Positions 46,591 through 59,298 of a stretch of DNA of 64,000 nt are shown piece after piece. The position numbers and the translations under genes were made by a program. Source of the DNA: Azolla caroliniana (lineage: Eukaryota; Plantae; Polypodiophyta); assembly GCA_043228905.1 (NCBI GenBank), contig JBHGNT010000011.1, forward strand, positions 15,128,001-15,192,000, given 5' to 3'. The notes beneath the pieces are model-generated. The model saw only the letters and a list, made by a program, of their open reading frames with translations. It was not told the DNA's origin and ran no database searches. Each line of letters opens with the position of its first letter. Within the stretch, counting starts at the first letter, position 1.

Positions 46591-48839
46591 ATCTCCCCGG
46601 TTCTCTCTGTTTCTGTAATGCTTTGCTTTGAAGAACAAGAATTAAAACCCTTTATTCTTACAATACATAGATACATATATATACGAAAAATACATACATA
46701 CATACATACATATACATACGAAAAATACATACATACCTATGAAAAATACATACATACATACACATACATGATCATGGATTTGTTCGTAGAATTGAATTGC
46801 ACAAGCCATTACTGGCGACTATTACTAATCCTTGTACTTGCTAACTCACATGCTCATCTGAAACATAAAATTTCTTCTAGCGAACACTTTCGAACTTGTA
46901 ATGTTCAATGAAGCATTCTCATGTTTCCTATTCTACATATGAAGGTTTTTCTCTCTCCGTTGTAAAATCCACTTTAATGATAAATTATATAGGGCTACAA
47001 CAAGACTTTAGGGTAATTCGGCCTATGATATTTCGTGAGACTTTTTGTTCTCCTCATTCTTTGTCTTATCTTGTTCCACTGATCTAGTCAAGGCGTTGGA
47101 TTTATTCGGTGGAACAATCCACTAAATCATTGTCTAGCATTTCCCTACTCCCTTTGGATTTACCCTTCATATATTTATCGCTAGTTACACCATCACCATC
47201 TGTCTCTTTGATTTTATAGTGAGTTGGGCCCAAAGCTTTGGTGATGGTTTTCATCCCATCAACCAGATTGTCCCAAGTCATCAGTGTGTTGACCCCAAGT
47301 GTTTGCACCAAGTGAGCATCTTTGTACTATCGGAGTTTTGCCTCCACACACCGTAAGCTACGGGGGTCTAGACTGCCATATACTCTATTGATGTTGAGTT
47401 GAGTGAGAGTGGTTGTCAAGCACTCTCAACCCACTAACCTCACTTATGCTAATCTTGCAAACTTTCACTCACCTATATTAAAAGCACTAACCTCCCAAGA
47501 AGCCCACTAATACATAAACTAGTAACCACAAGCAAAAGAACTAAACATGATTTAATTAATGGAAGCACACACAACATAGATAAAAGGAGTGATTAAGATT
47601 TGGCTAAGTAACACTTAACACTAATCATTCATCTGACAACAAGTATATGAGCGAGAGAGGTCTAACTTAGGTTACAAGGGGACTAACACTAGAGATTCAA
47701 GAAGTAGCTAAAAAGGGCACAACGTCATCTAAAGGTGTGTTACACCAAAGTTTACATCTTCATTTTCGTTGAAGTTCTCTCTCCTTGTTGAGATCATATA
47801 CATAGGGGTCCAAACCTCCATATACCCGATGAACCGAATGAGAGTAATCATCAAGCACTCTTGACAGGCTAACCTTGCAAACTCACATTCACACTTCCTT
47901 AAGACAACTATGATTGACAAGCTAGCTAATGCCTCACGAAGATGCAAGTGTAAAGCATTCTAATACATAAATAAAAGATATTACATGTGATAGTATTGAG
48001 CACACTTCAATTAAATAAAGTGGTCTACAAAACACATACAAAAAGAAGAGTGAGTAGGATTTGCCTAAGTAACCCTTAACCATCACCACTCAACTCACAA
48101 GTTGTTGAAGAGGATTTTTGTGGGCATTGTAGGGAGTGGTTGGTGTAGTGAAGGTAGGGGTGGGGCGATTGATGTTGGTGAAGTGGAGGGAGTGAGGAGG
48201 TTGGTGTAGGTAGACACATTGATACATCAACAAGCGGGCAACAATGGGCATTGGAAGCATTGTATGTTCAGAGGTGGGGGGGGGGGGGGGGGGGAGAAGG
48301 GGATAGTGAGCATTTGGTATGTGTTTTGATTGTGGAGGATTACATTGACTCTAAATCTCATTGGTAAGAAGAGGGAATATGGTAACCACGTCTATAGGCC
48401 ATTCATGTGGTGCCTAGTGGGGAATTGATCAAGGTCAAAGGTGAGACTTCAACTAGGTTGGTCAGACATTTGGAAGTATGGAGAATCAAATGGAGGGGAG
48501 AAGCTAGAGCAACATCAAGAAGCAACGATCACAATTAAAGGACCAATTAAGTCCACCCAAATTTAAAGCATCATGGCTCTAGTATGTTGATTGTAGAAAA
48601 AGTTGATAAACTTGACAAATAAAAAAGGAGGGTTGATCGAAACTTCGTTGGATTGAGGTGATGAGGGGAGAAGGTAACATCCAACTAGTTAACACTCAGT
48701 AGTTGGCTTGACACAAAGTACAAAGGAACTTAACTCACAAGTTGCCTCGACACAATGCACGAAAACTGAAACCACGAGAGTGCTCAACCATCCAACACAG
48801 TGCATGAGACAAAGCATACAAAGAGCATGTTGTCGTGAT

Positions 48840-50720
48840 GTGGTAGGTTTAAAGATAGAAAATATAAAAATGGGGGGAAAGAGGACAACCATAAAGTATG
48901 TATATAATAAATATGAAAATAATAATATAATAAGGAAAGGCTTATAGCAAAACGATAAGGCTATAGATTGTGGTAACTGAGTTCAAGGGGTTGGGTGAGT
49001 GGTGAGTCTAAGGGGTTTTGGTGGGTGTTCAAAGGTCTTTATTTTTCGAAGTTTAGTTCAAATTATTCTTCTTAGTAATTGGAGTTTAAGTTGAGTGAGT
49101 GATGAGTGCAAGAGTGGAGTTGGACCACCTCTCCATCATTTTCTATTTATACGTGGGTTGGGTGAGAGTGTGTTTAAAGTTTCAACTCACTCAAAGAGAT
49201 GGTGAAGGAGGAAAAAAGGCGGGTAAACAAGTCAAAGAGGCTCGAAGTGATGGGTAAACGAGGCAAAGAGGTTGTTTTGTATGAGTGGTGGGCATGACTA
49301 TGTATGAGAGGTCAAAAAGCTTCAACAAGCTCATGACCCTTGGGGATCCCTCGAGAAAACACTACTAGAGAAGTACGACTACGAAGAGACAAGGGAGACA
49401 AGCATGTACAAATCCAACCAATGGGTGGCATCGAGGAAGACCTGCTATAGTACTACATGTGCATTCGTAGAGTTCGAACTTCGCTTTGCTAAACTCTTAG
49501 AGTGGGATTGGATAATAGTGGGGGTGAATAAAGTTCCCAGGTTACATTTATCAAAATGAAAGGATGAAGATTGGGGTAAAATTGGAAGATGAGGATGGAG
49601 CGAATGCATTGTGCTCGAACCTTCACATGAAGAAGGGATGGAGGAAGATCGAGAAGGTTGGGAGAGTTTGAAGGGTGTTCCTTGGGATATAATTGTGTCA
49701 TCAAACTGAAAGGAGGACATTAGAATGAATAATCAAGGGTGGACAACTCTAGGATGAGAGTGTAGCACAACAAATGGCAAAGCGAGAGACATGCAATGTG
49801 GGAAACTAAGGGCCCTAAATAAAAGCCTGTACTTGAAGATTAGACTATGAAGATTAGTCACAATAGATGTTCAAAAGGGGCCCAATGAGGGCAAAAGGAG
49901 AAGCGGATTGACGACAAAAGGGAGGTTAAGGTGACATCACCAAGGGGACAACATGGATGAAAGGGACACATGCTTGTTGCAGAAAGGGTTATGGTCAAGG
50001 GAAGCACGCAAGCCAACAACAACCTCCCGTTTTGAAGAAAAATGTAGGGAGAGGATCTAGTGGATATGGTGGCAACAATTTTTCTCGTATTAAGAAGAAT
50101 TGACATGGCCAAGATAGAAGAATAGAGATAGGCAAGTTATGTGCTAAGGGAAACGAAGTGTGACTACCTTCAGTTCCCCCATTCTTCACACGTATCAGAG
50201 GGTGTGCTGGTTTGGTAAAGGTGGATGTCATGATGTGGTGGATCCAAAGGTATAAAATAGAAAAATGGGGGAAAGAGAACATCTGCAGAAATGTGTATAT
50301 GTAAGTTTATAGATTGTGGCAAGAAGGGTGGAGAGTTTGAGCCTTCATTGGTTCATAGAAGAACAACATTTTGATTTTTTGATGGAGAAGGGGTATGTGA
50401 ACATTTAATACAATATATGGGTTTTTATTTGGGGCTCGTTCATTTTAGGTTTTGGAGTGGACGATTTCTGATTTTCGGGTTCAACATTTAAGGGGTTTTG
50501 GGTGTTCAAAGGTCTCTATTTTTTGAAGTTTAGTTATTCTTCTTCTTCTTACTACTTGGAGTTTAGGTTGGGTGAGTGGTGAGTGCAAGCAAGGAGTTGG
50601 ATCACAATCTCCTTTATCATTTTTGATTTCGTCTCGCTCGAAGAGGAAGTGAAAGGAGGAACAAGAGGTGGAGAAAAGACGTAGGTCAAAAGAAGGCATG
50701 GAAAGCCATGATGACAATTG
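48840..50720. repeat. Degenerate direct repeats (about 48840-49250 and 50240-50720), old TE debris
   Basis: Shared blocks AAAAATGGGGGAAAGAG and GGGTGTTCAAAGGTC...GAAGTTTAGTT...TTGGAGTTTA..TTG.GTGAGTG.TGAGTGCAAG, about 1.4-1.5 kb apart. Confidence 0.5.
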
Positions 50721-53700
50721 TTTGTGAGCTCAGGCCACAAAAACTTAGAGTGCTTCCTCCCATTATAATTCTCGTTTCATTGTAATCAATATTATAAAAC
50801 TTTTTATAATCATCAATTTCTTTGTGAAAAATAATATTGGGCCTTAATTAATGTTTATTATATTAAACTAGTGGAGTTGTCCCTAATCTTTTGTTACACT
50901 TGAGTGCTACCATGATGAGAGGCTATTAGCCGGTCGGCTACCTAGACAAAGGTCGACAAGTCAAAGTCAAAGTCGGACAGTATGAAAAGACAGATTTTAA
51001 AATGTAATTTTTGGTGAGTATAAAAATATAGTAATTTAGGAAATAGGGTAGTTCTGTGTAACTGTAGGTTCTTGCCGAATAGGCAAGTGTATCATCTTGG
51101 AAAAGACTCTCAAGTTGCCTATAAAAAGGGCCCAAGAGCATTATAACATGATCGTTTTGTTTTGGTTTTAATATTCGTATTGTAGTTAGAGTATTTTTGT
51201 ATCGATTGTTATGTCATTCTTTGTATACTTATTTATTGTGTCGAATGTTCGAATTATTCTCTGCCACACCAATTATGTTATACCAATAGTCGATCAAGAT
51301 AAGATGTTCTAGTTCTAAGTAATTAGGTTTTGAGTGACCATTGTTTTACATCAAGTTCCGAGTGACTGTCGACACAACACATCTCTCCAACCACAATCAT
51401 CTTGATAGAACATTTTTGGTAGGAAGACATTCGACCTATTATGTCTGTCGGTTGTCGGTAGAACAACACAATATTTTGGCACGCCCGGTTACATCTGGTA
51501 CAAGCAGAGAACAAGGAGAATGGATGTCTTCTAGTCGACTCAATACATACCAACTTGCAGAAAGCAGAAGACCACGCATGCGATCAGAGAACCGACGTGC
51601 AAAAAAGGGTAATTCCGATAGTTTAGAGTTTGCTGAACAAATCCGGCAAGAAGCTGAAGGGGAATTGAGAGCACTTCCCAATTTAACAACTGACATTAGT
51701 TTGGACGAGGAGCAGTTCGACCAGAGCTACTTAGTCGAACTTTGTGAGGAGGATACAATGTCGTATCCCTATCCTAAGTATAATGATGACACCAACGTAG
51801 AGGCGCATGTGTGCGCTTTTGTTACGACATGGCAGGAGAACTATGTGTCACAAAGATTGTCTGAAGCAAATGCCGATAAATCTAAAATTTCCGAATTCAG
51901 ATTATCGCTCGACGAGCAGTCGGCGAATTGGTACTCCCAGCATGAGGCGGGTGAGTTTGAGTCTTTTAAGCAAATAACTACCAAATTTATTAGGTTATTT
52001 CATCGACAAGTTCCAAAGAGGGAACTAATGAGTCAATTCTATGTGGCGTATCAAGAAGCCCATGAAATTGTGCCACAATTTCGGTTTCAGGATATTCGGA
52101 GGCAGTTGGCACGAACTTTGCTGAAAGAGACCTTCTTGTCGGCATTACGAGAACCGCTGCGAACCACGTTAGCCGTGTTCAATTTCAAGGATCAATCACT
52201 ACAGTAGGTGATTGACAAAGCACTTTTCATGGACAAGTCACAAACCAGTAATAGTATATCCATGGCATCATTACAACGGTCTTTACCAATGTCGGAGGAA
52301 TTGAGGTTCCGATAATCAATCCAATGCACGACATGTCTGAATCCAGGACATTCGACAATTGAGTGCACACTGCGCACACATTGTCCAATTTGTCATTCAA
52401 AGCACATAGAATCGACCAATGTGAGTATAATCTACTCCATAAAGTGGTGGCACCAGTTAGACAAATATAACCTCAGGACGACCACCAGGGGGATCAGAAT
52501 CGGTCAGTACACCGGTTTCGGCAAGACGATCGACCAAGGTATGATGATCATTACTGGTCAGATCGCAATCGACGAGACGATTGATACAATGAGTATCGAC
52601 GAGAGGAGGATCGGCAAGAGGAGTATAGAAAGGATAGTCAAAACAATTATGACCGGGAATATTCACCCCGACAAGATAGAAATGATCGACGACCTTACAG
52701 GGGTAATATATATCATGCTGAAAGAAGTTCCTATGACCAGAGAAGAAATGAAGACAATTGACCAGCTAATCATCGATTTAAGAATGATAGGGGGGATGAT
52801 AACAAAAGACCCAAGACATCATGACAATTTCAGTACAATTCCAAAGGCCGAGATGACCGGAACCACAAGATGTCCAGCAATCGCATTATGAGAACGGCAA
52901 ATCCAGTGGACTATCAGTAACTGCAGAGGTTCAACAAGCCACCACCTGGAGTAAAGCTAAACAATCCGAAAGGGATGTACAGTAACAGTTCAGAAAGCAG
53001 CAACAGAATGGGTTGGGGAAGTGAACAACAACAATGTCGTTAGGATGTTGCATGAAAGTAATGCCCCGAATGGCACGTCTGACAGGTCGGGAAGCCGACA
53101 AGAGGAAGTACCAATAGATACACCTGACAACGATGAAACATGGAAAGTCTTGGCCGATTGCCAGATATCGTTACCATTGACCGGCTTACTGAAATTAGTT
53201 CCTTGGTTCACAGAAAAGGTGGCGACCATTATCGCAAGAAAAGAGTAGGAAAATGTGCCGGTGAATTTTACGAATCCGATCAAAGGCCCGACAATTATGG
53301 ATGAGCAGAGCCCTACGATCAAAGTAATTATTTAGGGTAAAGAAGTGTCGGGCAACATAGTCGATGGAGGATCAAGAGTGAATGTCATTAAGAAGATTAC
53401 CTGTGATCGGCTAGACATCATCGCCTGGGAAGCATTTCCATTTTGGCTACGAATGGCAGAATCTGATACCAGTACGGTCCGACCAATAGGGTCAATCCGA
53501 CAACTTGATATTGTCATTGGTGGCCATACATTTCATATATCAGTGGTCATACTCCATTTGGATGTGCCAGGAGCTTACCCTCTATTATTGGGCAGATTAT
53601 GACTTCGAACTTCCAATATTAAACAGAATTGGCAAAAGAATATTCTGACATTCTGGAAGGGCAAAGTAAAGATTCAAGTTTCGACTCAGGAAAAGGTCGC

Positions 53701-53997
53701 CAGAGCACGACATTGTGTGCCTTTGTATGTTGAATCTATCAATATGATGGAGGGATTAGATGAAGGGGAAGAAAATAAATATTTTGAGGACAATCCAAAA
53801 CTTATTCCCTTATTGAAATTGACGTCGTCGAAGTACTCACGCAATATCTTAGTGACGACGAAAAGGAGGTTGACAATCCAGTTGATGATAAAACTATCAT
53901 GGAGTTCCGTCATCGGCAGGAAGCAATGGAGAGATACATGCAAGTATCGCAACACGTACATGCTTCTGCACAAGAGGAATTAAATCTGGTTGACAAT

Positions 53998-54400
53998 TGT
54001 AAACAATTACTTGTGGAAGCGTTAGAAAACAGAGAAGGCAGAGAATACACAGACAGAGTACACGGGAGAGACAGAGAGAGCAGAACCTCAAAGCTATATT
54101 CAAAAACGATAAAAACACTCTGTCACTACAACTGTGCTCAGTAGCACTATTTATACAAGTCCTCGTGGGACTGACAGAAGTACAAAATACTTCAATGCTC
54201 ACACGAGCATCTAACACTTACTACGAGACTATAACTGCCTAGTAGTCTAAACTAATACTAGGCTTCCGGTTACCGATTGGATCCGACTAACCGGCTCCCC
54301 TACTCACCAGCTCGGTTGCTCACCGGCTTACCGATCCGTCTCGCTCACCGGCTCAGGCTTATCCAGCCAATCCGGCTCCAGTTGAGCTTGCCGCTCAACA
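53998..54400 (-). repeat. Copia 3' LTR, 403 bp
   Basis: TGTAAAC...CTCAACA, adjacent to the PPT. Confidence 0.92.
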
Positions 54401-55182
54401 CTCCCCCTCAAGCTCAACTTGAGGTTGGATCCTAGTGTCAACCTCTATGGCAGTCGGTTCTTCCAACCGACTTCTCCTGGCGTCGCTCCGCCTTGCTTGC
54501 GCTCCTCATTCGGTCCGGTTCCGTTTGCCGCGACCCTTCTGGTTCTGCGCGCCCTGACCTTCTCGGTCGGCATGTTTGCTCAATAGGCCCCTCTTAGCTC
54601 CTTCACTGCTATGACTCCGGCGCTTGCCGATCCGTCGGTTCCTCCGCGATGGCATCGACTTCCGCTGCATCCGTGTCTGCCCGGCCTCTAGTTGATTCGG
54701 TTCATCCGGATCTGTATGATGATCCGAATCGGATGTCCTCGATTCATTCCAGCTCTTGTCAGAGTCGATATCCTCCAACTCGTCTTTCGGTTTAAGGCCC
54801 TTCACAACATCAGACCACGTCTGGGTCTTGGCCTTGCTTCCATCCTCGGCTTTCTTCCGGTTCTTCCCTTACCAGTGTCGGCAACAGTCTCTTTGCCTTT
54901 GCCCGTTCCGGTGTCTTTGCCCGTCCTCCCCCTCAAGTGTGGCACGTCGAGATGCTAAACACCAAGCATTTTGGTGAAGTGCTGCAACTTGTCCGATCCG
55001 AGCGGCTTGGTGAAGATGTCGGCAACTTGCCGATCCGTGTATACCGAAGTTCGACCTCACCGCTCAGGACACGCTCACGCACGAAGTGATAGTGCACTTC
55101 TATGTGCTTTGTGCGAGCATGGAATACGGGCTTCTTGGCGAGTTGCATGCTGCTTATGTTGTTGAGTAGACTCGAATCAGGG

Positions 55183-58100
55183 TCAATACCTCGATCCGTA
55201 GGTCTTGTAGTAGTCATCGAGGCCAAATGGCTTCACAGGTGGCAACGGTCGCGCCCGGTACTCAGCCTTAGTGCTTGACAGAGCCACTGTTGGCTGCTTT
55301 TTGCTGCTCCACGCAACAGCTGCGCTCCCAAGGGAAAACATAAAACCGGAGGTCAATCGGCGATCTGATGCATCTCCGGCCCAATCGGCATCTGTGTAAC
55401 GGACCAGCTCTTCGGGTATACCACGCCGGTATAACAGGCCCCGGTCCTTCATGCCGCTTACATATCGTAGTATCCATTGCGCGCACTGAAGGTGCTCCAC
55501 GGTCGGCTTCTGCATGAACTGACTTATCATTCCAACCGGATAGCTGATGTCGGGCCGTGTGATAGTCAAGTAAATAAGGCTTCCGACGATTTGTCGGAAC
55601 TGTTTCTCATTGTAGGCCGGTCCGGAGTTAGGACGAAGCTTCTGGTTCCGATCTAAGGGTCTAGAGAGAGGTCGGCATTCTGTCATGCCGAACTTGTACA
55701 ACATATTTAAGACGTAATGTCGTTGTGAGAGAAATATGCCGTCGGGGGTTCGAATTACCTCGATCCCAAGAAAATAATGAAGGTCCCCTAGATCCTTCAT
55801 CTCAAATGCGTTCGACAATTGGGACTTGACGCGGTTGATTTCTGGAAGACCCGGTCCGATGATGACTAGATCATCAACATACAACAATATACATACCGGA
55901 CCGGCTGAGCCTTGCCGGATGAACAATGAAGAGTCCGATTTGGAGGCCACAAACCCCATCTTATGCAACCGGTGCGTGATCTTCGCATTCCAAGCTCGAG
56001 GGGCTTGCTTCAGGCCGTACAACGACTTCTTCAGCCGGCATACCGCTGACTTGTTCATCTCTGATTGAAAACCGGGAGGTTGATTCATAAAGACTTCTTC
56101 TTCAAGATCACCTTGAAGAAATGCATTCTTCACATCCATCTGATGAAGATGCCACCCCCTTGCCGCAGCAACCGCCAGCACCACTCGAACCGTTGTCATC
56201 TTCGCTACTGGAGCGAAGGTCTCGTCGTAGTCGATTCTGTGGGTTTGCGCGTATCCCTTTGCCACTAATCGGGCTTTATACCGGTTAACAGAACCGTCGG
56301 CATTGTACTGTACCTTGTATATCCACTTGCATTCGATCGGTTTACAAGACGAGGAGGGTCAACTAGGTCCCATGTCTTGTTGACATCAAGTGCCCGCATT
56401 TCTTCCTCCATAGCGGCATGCCAATTTGCGTCCTTGGCCGCTTCTACGTAGCTCTCCGGCTCACGCACTTCCGCCACCTTAGTCATGTATGCATAGTGAT
56501 GCGCCATGTACTCATTGTACCCGTACCGCTTGACGGGATCCTTCTGGCGGGTGGACCGGCGTAACTCACCGTTACCCGGTTTGAGGCCCTTCTTGGCCGG
56601 TTCGGTTTTTGTTGCCGAAGATCCGCCTTTCTCCTTGTCGGAGTCGGATGCACACTGATCCGACTCATCGCTGTCGGTTTCGAATTCCGGCATCTTCTTC
56701 TTCCCCTTCTCTTTGCGCGTGAACCGTCGCCTCGGTTCCTTGTGCGGGGAGTGCACGACAGAGTCTCCACTACTCGCCGGTTCCTCATCGGACTGGTCAG
56801 ATCGACCTTGTCTCTCGTTCGGCCCGCTCAACCGGAACGATTCCGGACTCTCATCCTGAGTCCACGCTTCATCATCCTCTACCTGGGCCGGTTCAAGCTC
56901 ACTAGCCTCATCCACTAGCATCGGGTTAGATTCGGAAGTCGGAGCCGGTAAGGAGTACCACGATGCCGATTCATCGAACTCGACATCTCGACTAACTTGG
57001 ACCTGCTTTGTCCGGGGGTTATAACACTTATAACCCTTTTGCTCTTGAGCATAGCCGATTAGGATGCATTTTTCCGATTTTGCATCCAACTTCCTCCGCT
57101 TCTCATCCGGTACATGCACATATGCAATGCTACTGAAGATCTTAAGGTGTCTCAAATTCATCTTGCGCCCGAAATATAGCTCGTGAGCTGACACCTTGTC
57201 ACCGATCCGGTTCTGGATGTAGACAGCTGTTTGGACTGCCTCCGCCCAGTAGAATTTGGGCATGCTCTTCTCCTCCAGCATTGCCCTTGCCACATCGATA
57301 AGCGATCGGTTCTTCCTTTCGGCAACACCGTTCTGTTGCGGTGTGTATCTGCAGCTAAACTCTCGCCGAATTCCCTTTTGCTGCAGATAGCTATTGAATT
57401 GGCCGGAAAAGTACTCTTTTCCTCCATCCGACCGCAGGCATTTGATCTTCCTCTCCGATTCCCGTTCCACCATGCTTTGGAGGCTTCGGAAACACTCGAA
57501 GACTTCACTCTTCCGCTCAATGAGGTAGATCCATGTGTGCCTCGTATAGTTGTCGATGAAGGAGACGAAATATCGACTCCCGCCAAGACTAACATTCTGT
57601 GCCGGTCCCCACACATCCGAATGGATAAGGTCGAGCTTGTTACGGCTCCAGTTACGTTCATAAGCTTCCCCTTCTGTCCGACGTGGCTCAAAGGGACTTC
57701 TCCGATGTGCACGATTGGGTGAGGAGTGTCGTCTCCGGTTTCGACTACTCCTGGTTGATCCGGTTTCTCCAAAAAGGAGAACCACTCTTTGTGGCTCGTT
57801 ATGTGGTTCGACGCACCAGAATCAACATACCACACTTCCTCCGATTTGGAAGTGGTTTTCTTCATCGAGTTCGCCTCGTGCTTCATCACCATGGCCCGTT
57901 ACCGTTCTTGCATCCTCCCGATCCCTTCGCGAAGTGCGAGCCGTGACAGCCATCCTTGTTGGCCTTGCCGGATCCGGACTTGTCTGAATCGGTGCGTTTT
58001 CTCCAACACTCACTTTCTCTGTGACCCTTTTTGCCATAGTACCAGCATTCCGTTGCAGATTTGTCTTGCCGGCCTCCGACACCGCCTTGACTCCCCCTGC

Positions 58101-58728
58101 CTGTGGAAGTCCTGGAACTGCTGTCGGCACGTTCTCTGTGCCTTCGTTCTTGCTCTTGCCGGCCGCCTCCATTGCGTGCCGACTCACCTCATCCACCACG
58201 CCCAGGGGACCGATCCGCCTCCGTGTACAACATCCGACTGTTAGTGGGTGCGCTAGTTGACGCACCTGCGTGGTTCTCCTCTACAAGGAGCATCGACTGT
58301 AAGTCGAAAAATGACGGCGTATTCTCCCTTATACACACCGCCGTTTGGAACGCTCTGAACTTAGACGCCAGACCCCGAAGACAGACATGTACCATCTCGT
58401 CTTCCTCTATGGTAACGTTGATGGAGGCAAGTGAGTTGTAGAACTCTTTGATCCGGGCCGTGTAATCCGCCATCGACATGTCCTTCTGTCGGACATTGCT
58501 CAACTCCTGTCAGAGTTGCAGCTTCTGGGCTGTAATGCTCGCAGCGAAAAACTTCTTCAGGTTTCCCCAAGCCTCCTTTGGCATCTTGGCGTCTCGGATG
58601 TGGCTCAGCAACTGGTCTCTGACACTGGACGCGAAGCAGTACATCACTCTGCTTGCTGATTGTTCCCACACTAGGAAATCCTTATGTGCCACATCAGGTG
58701 TTGTTTCGTTGGCTCCTTCGACGACCAA
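55183..58728 (-). pseudogene. Copia gag-pol broken into several frames
   Basis: ORF pieces 58510-58728 and 58189-58503 (gag), 57158-57892 (PR), 56265-57785 (INT) and 55183-56265 (RT/RH). Confidence 0.88.
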
Positions 58729-58883
58729 GATGCGTAGTTGGATCTGTCGAGTTTCTCCACAGGGAGCGAGCTAGCCATCCCTCTATCCATCACTTCTCTG
58801 TCTGCTATTCTTACGACCTGTTAGGGTTTGCTTTCAAGCGTTTGTCGGTTGCAGAGGTTCTCAACCCTCGCGCTTTGATACCA

Positions 58884-59298
58884 TGTAAATAATTACTTGC
58901 GGAAGCGTTAGAAAACAGAGAAGGCAGAGAATACACAGAGTACACGGGAGAGACAGAGAGACCAGAACCTCAAAACAATATTCAAAAACGATAAAAACAC
59001 TCTGTCACTACAACTGTGCTCAGTAGCACTATTTATACAAGTACTCGTGGGACTGACAGAAGTACCACATACTTCAATGCTCACACGAGCATCTGACACT
59101 TACTACGAGACTATAACTGCCTAGTAGTCTAAACTAATACTAGGCTTCTGGTTACCGATTGGATCCGGCTAACCAGCTCCCTAGCTCATCGGCTCTATTG
59201 CTTGCCGGCTCGGTTGCTCACCGGCTTACCGATCCGTCTCGCTCACCGGCTCAGGCTTATCCAGCCAATCCGGCTCCAGTTGAGCTTGCTGCTCAACA
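58884..59298 (-). repeat. Copia 5' LTR, 415 bp
   Basis: TGTAAAT...CTCAACA, adjacent to the PBS. Differs from the 3' LTR by more than a dozen substitutions and indels. Confidence 0.92.

Larger units (their letters stand above)
53998..59298 (-). mobile_element. Ty1/copia LTR retrotransposon, 5301 bp, structurally complete but frameshifted, nested in the gypsy pol
   Basis: LTRs 53998-54400 and 58884-59298; TSD ACAAT; PBS TGGTATCAAAGC (Met-i type, 58883-58872); PPT AGGGGGAG (54408-54401). Motifs: PR WYVDSGASNH, INT LIHSDVWGP...LRSDGGKEY...QQNGVAERKNR, RT HQMDVKNAFL...LYVDD, RH DADWAG...ARTKHIEVHYHFVRE. Confidence 0.95.

Noticed and set aside
50913-51353. TGATG...CATCA as the ends of the decayed gypsy LTR
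   Set aside because: No PBS follows 51353, whereas a TGG-starting PBS follows ...ACA at 51470. Without a second LTR the boundaries stay approximate.
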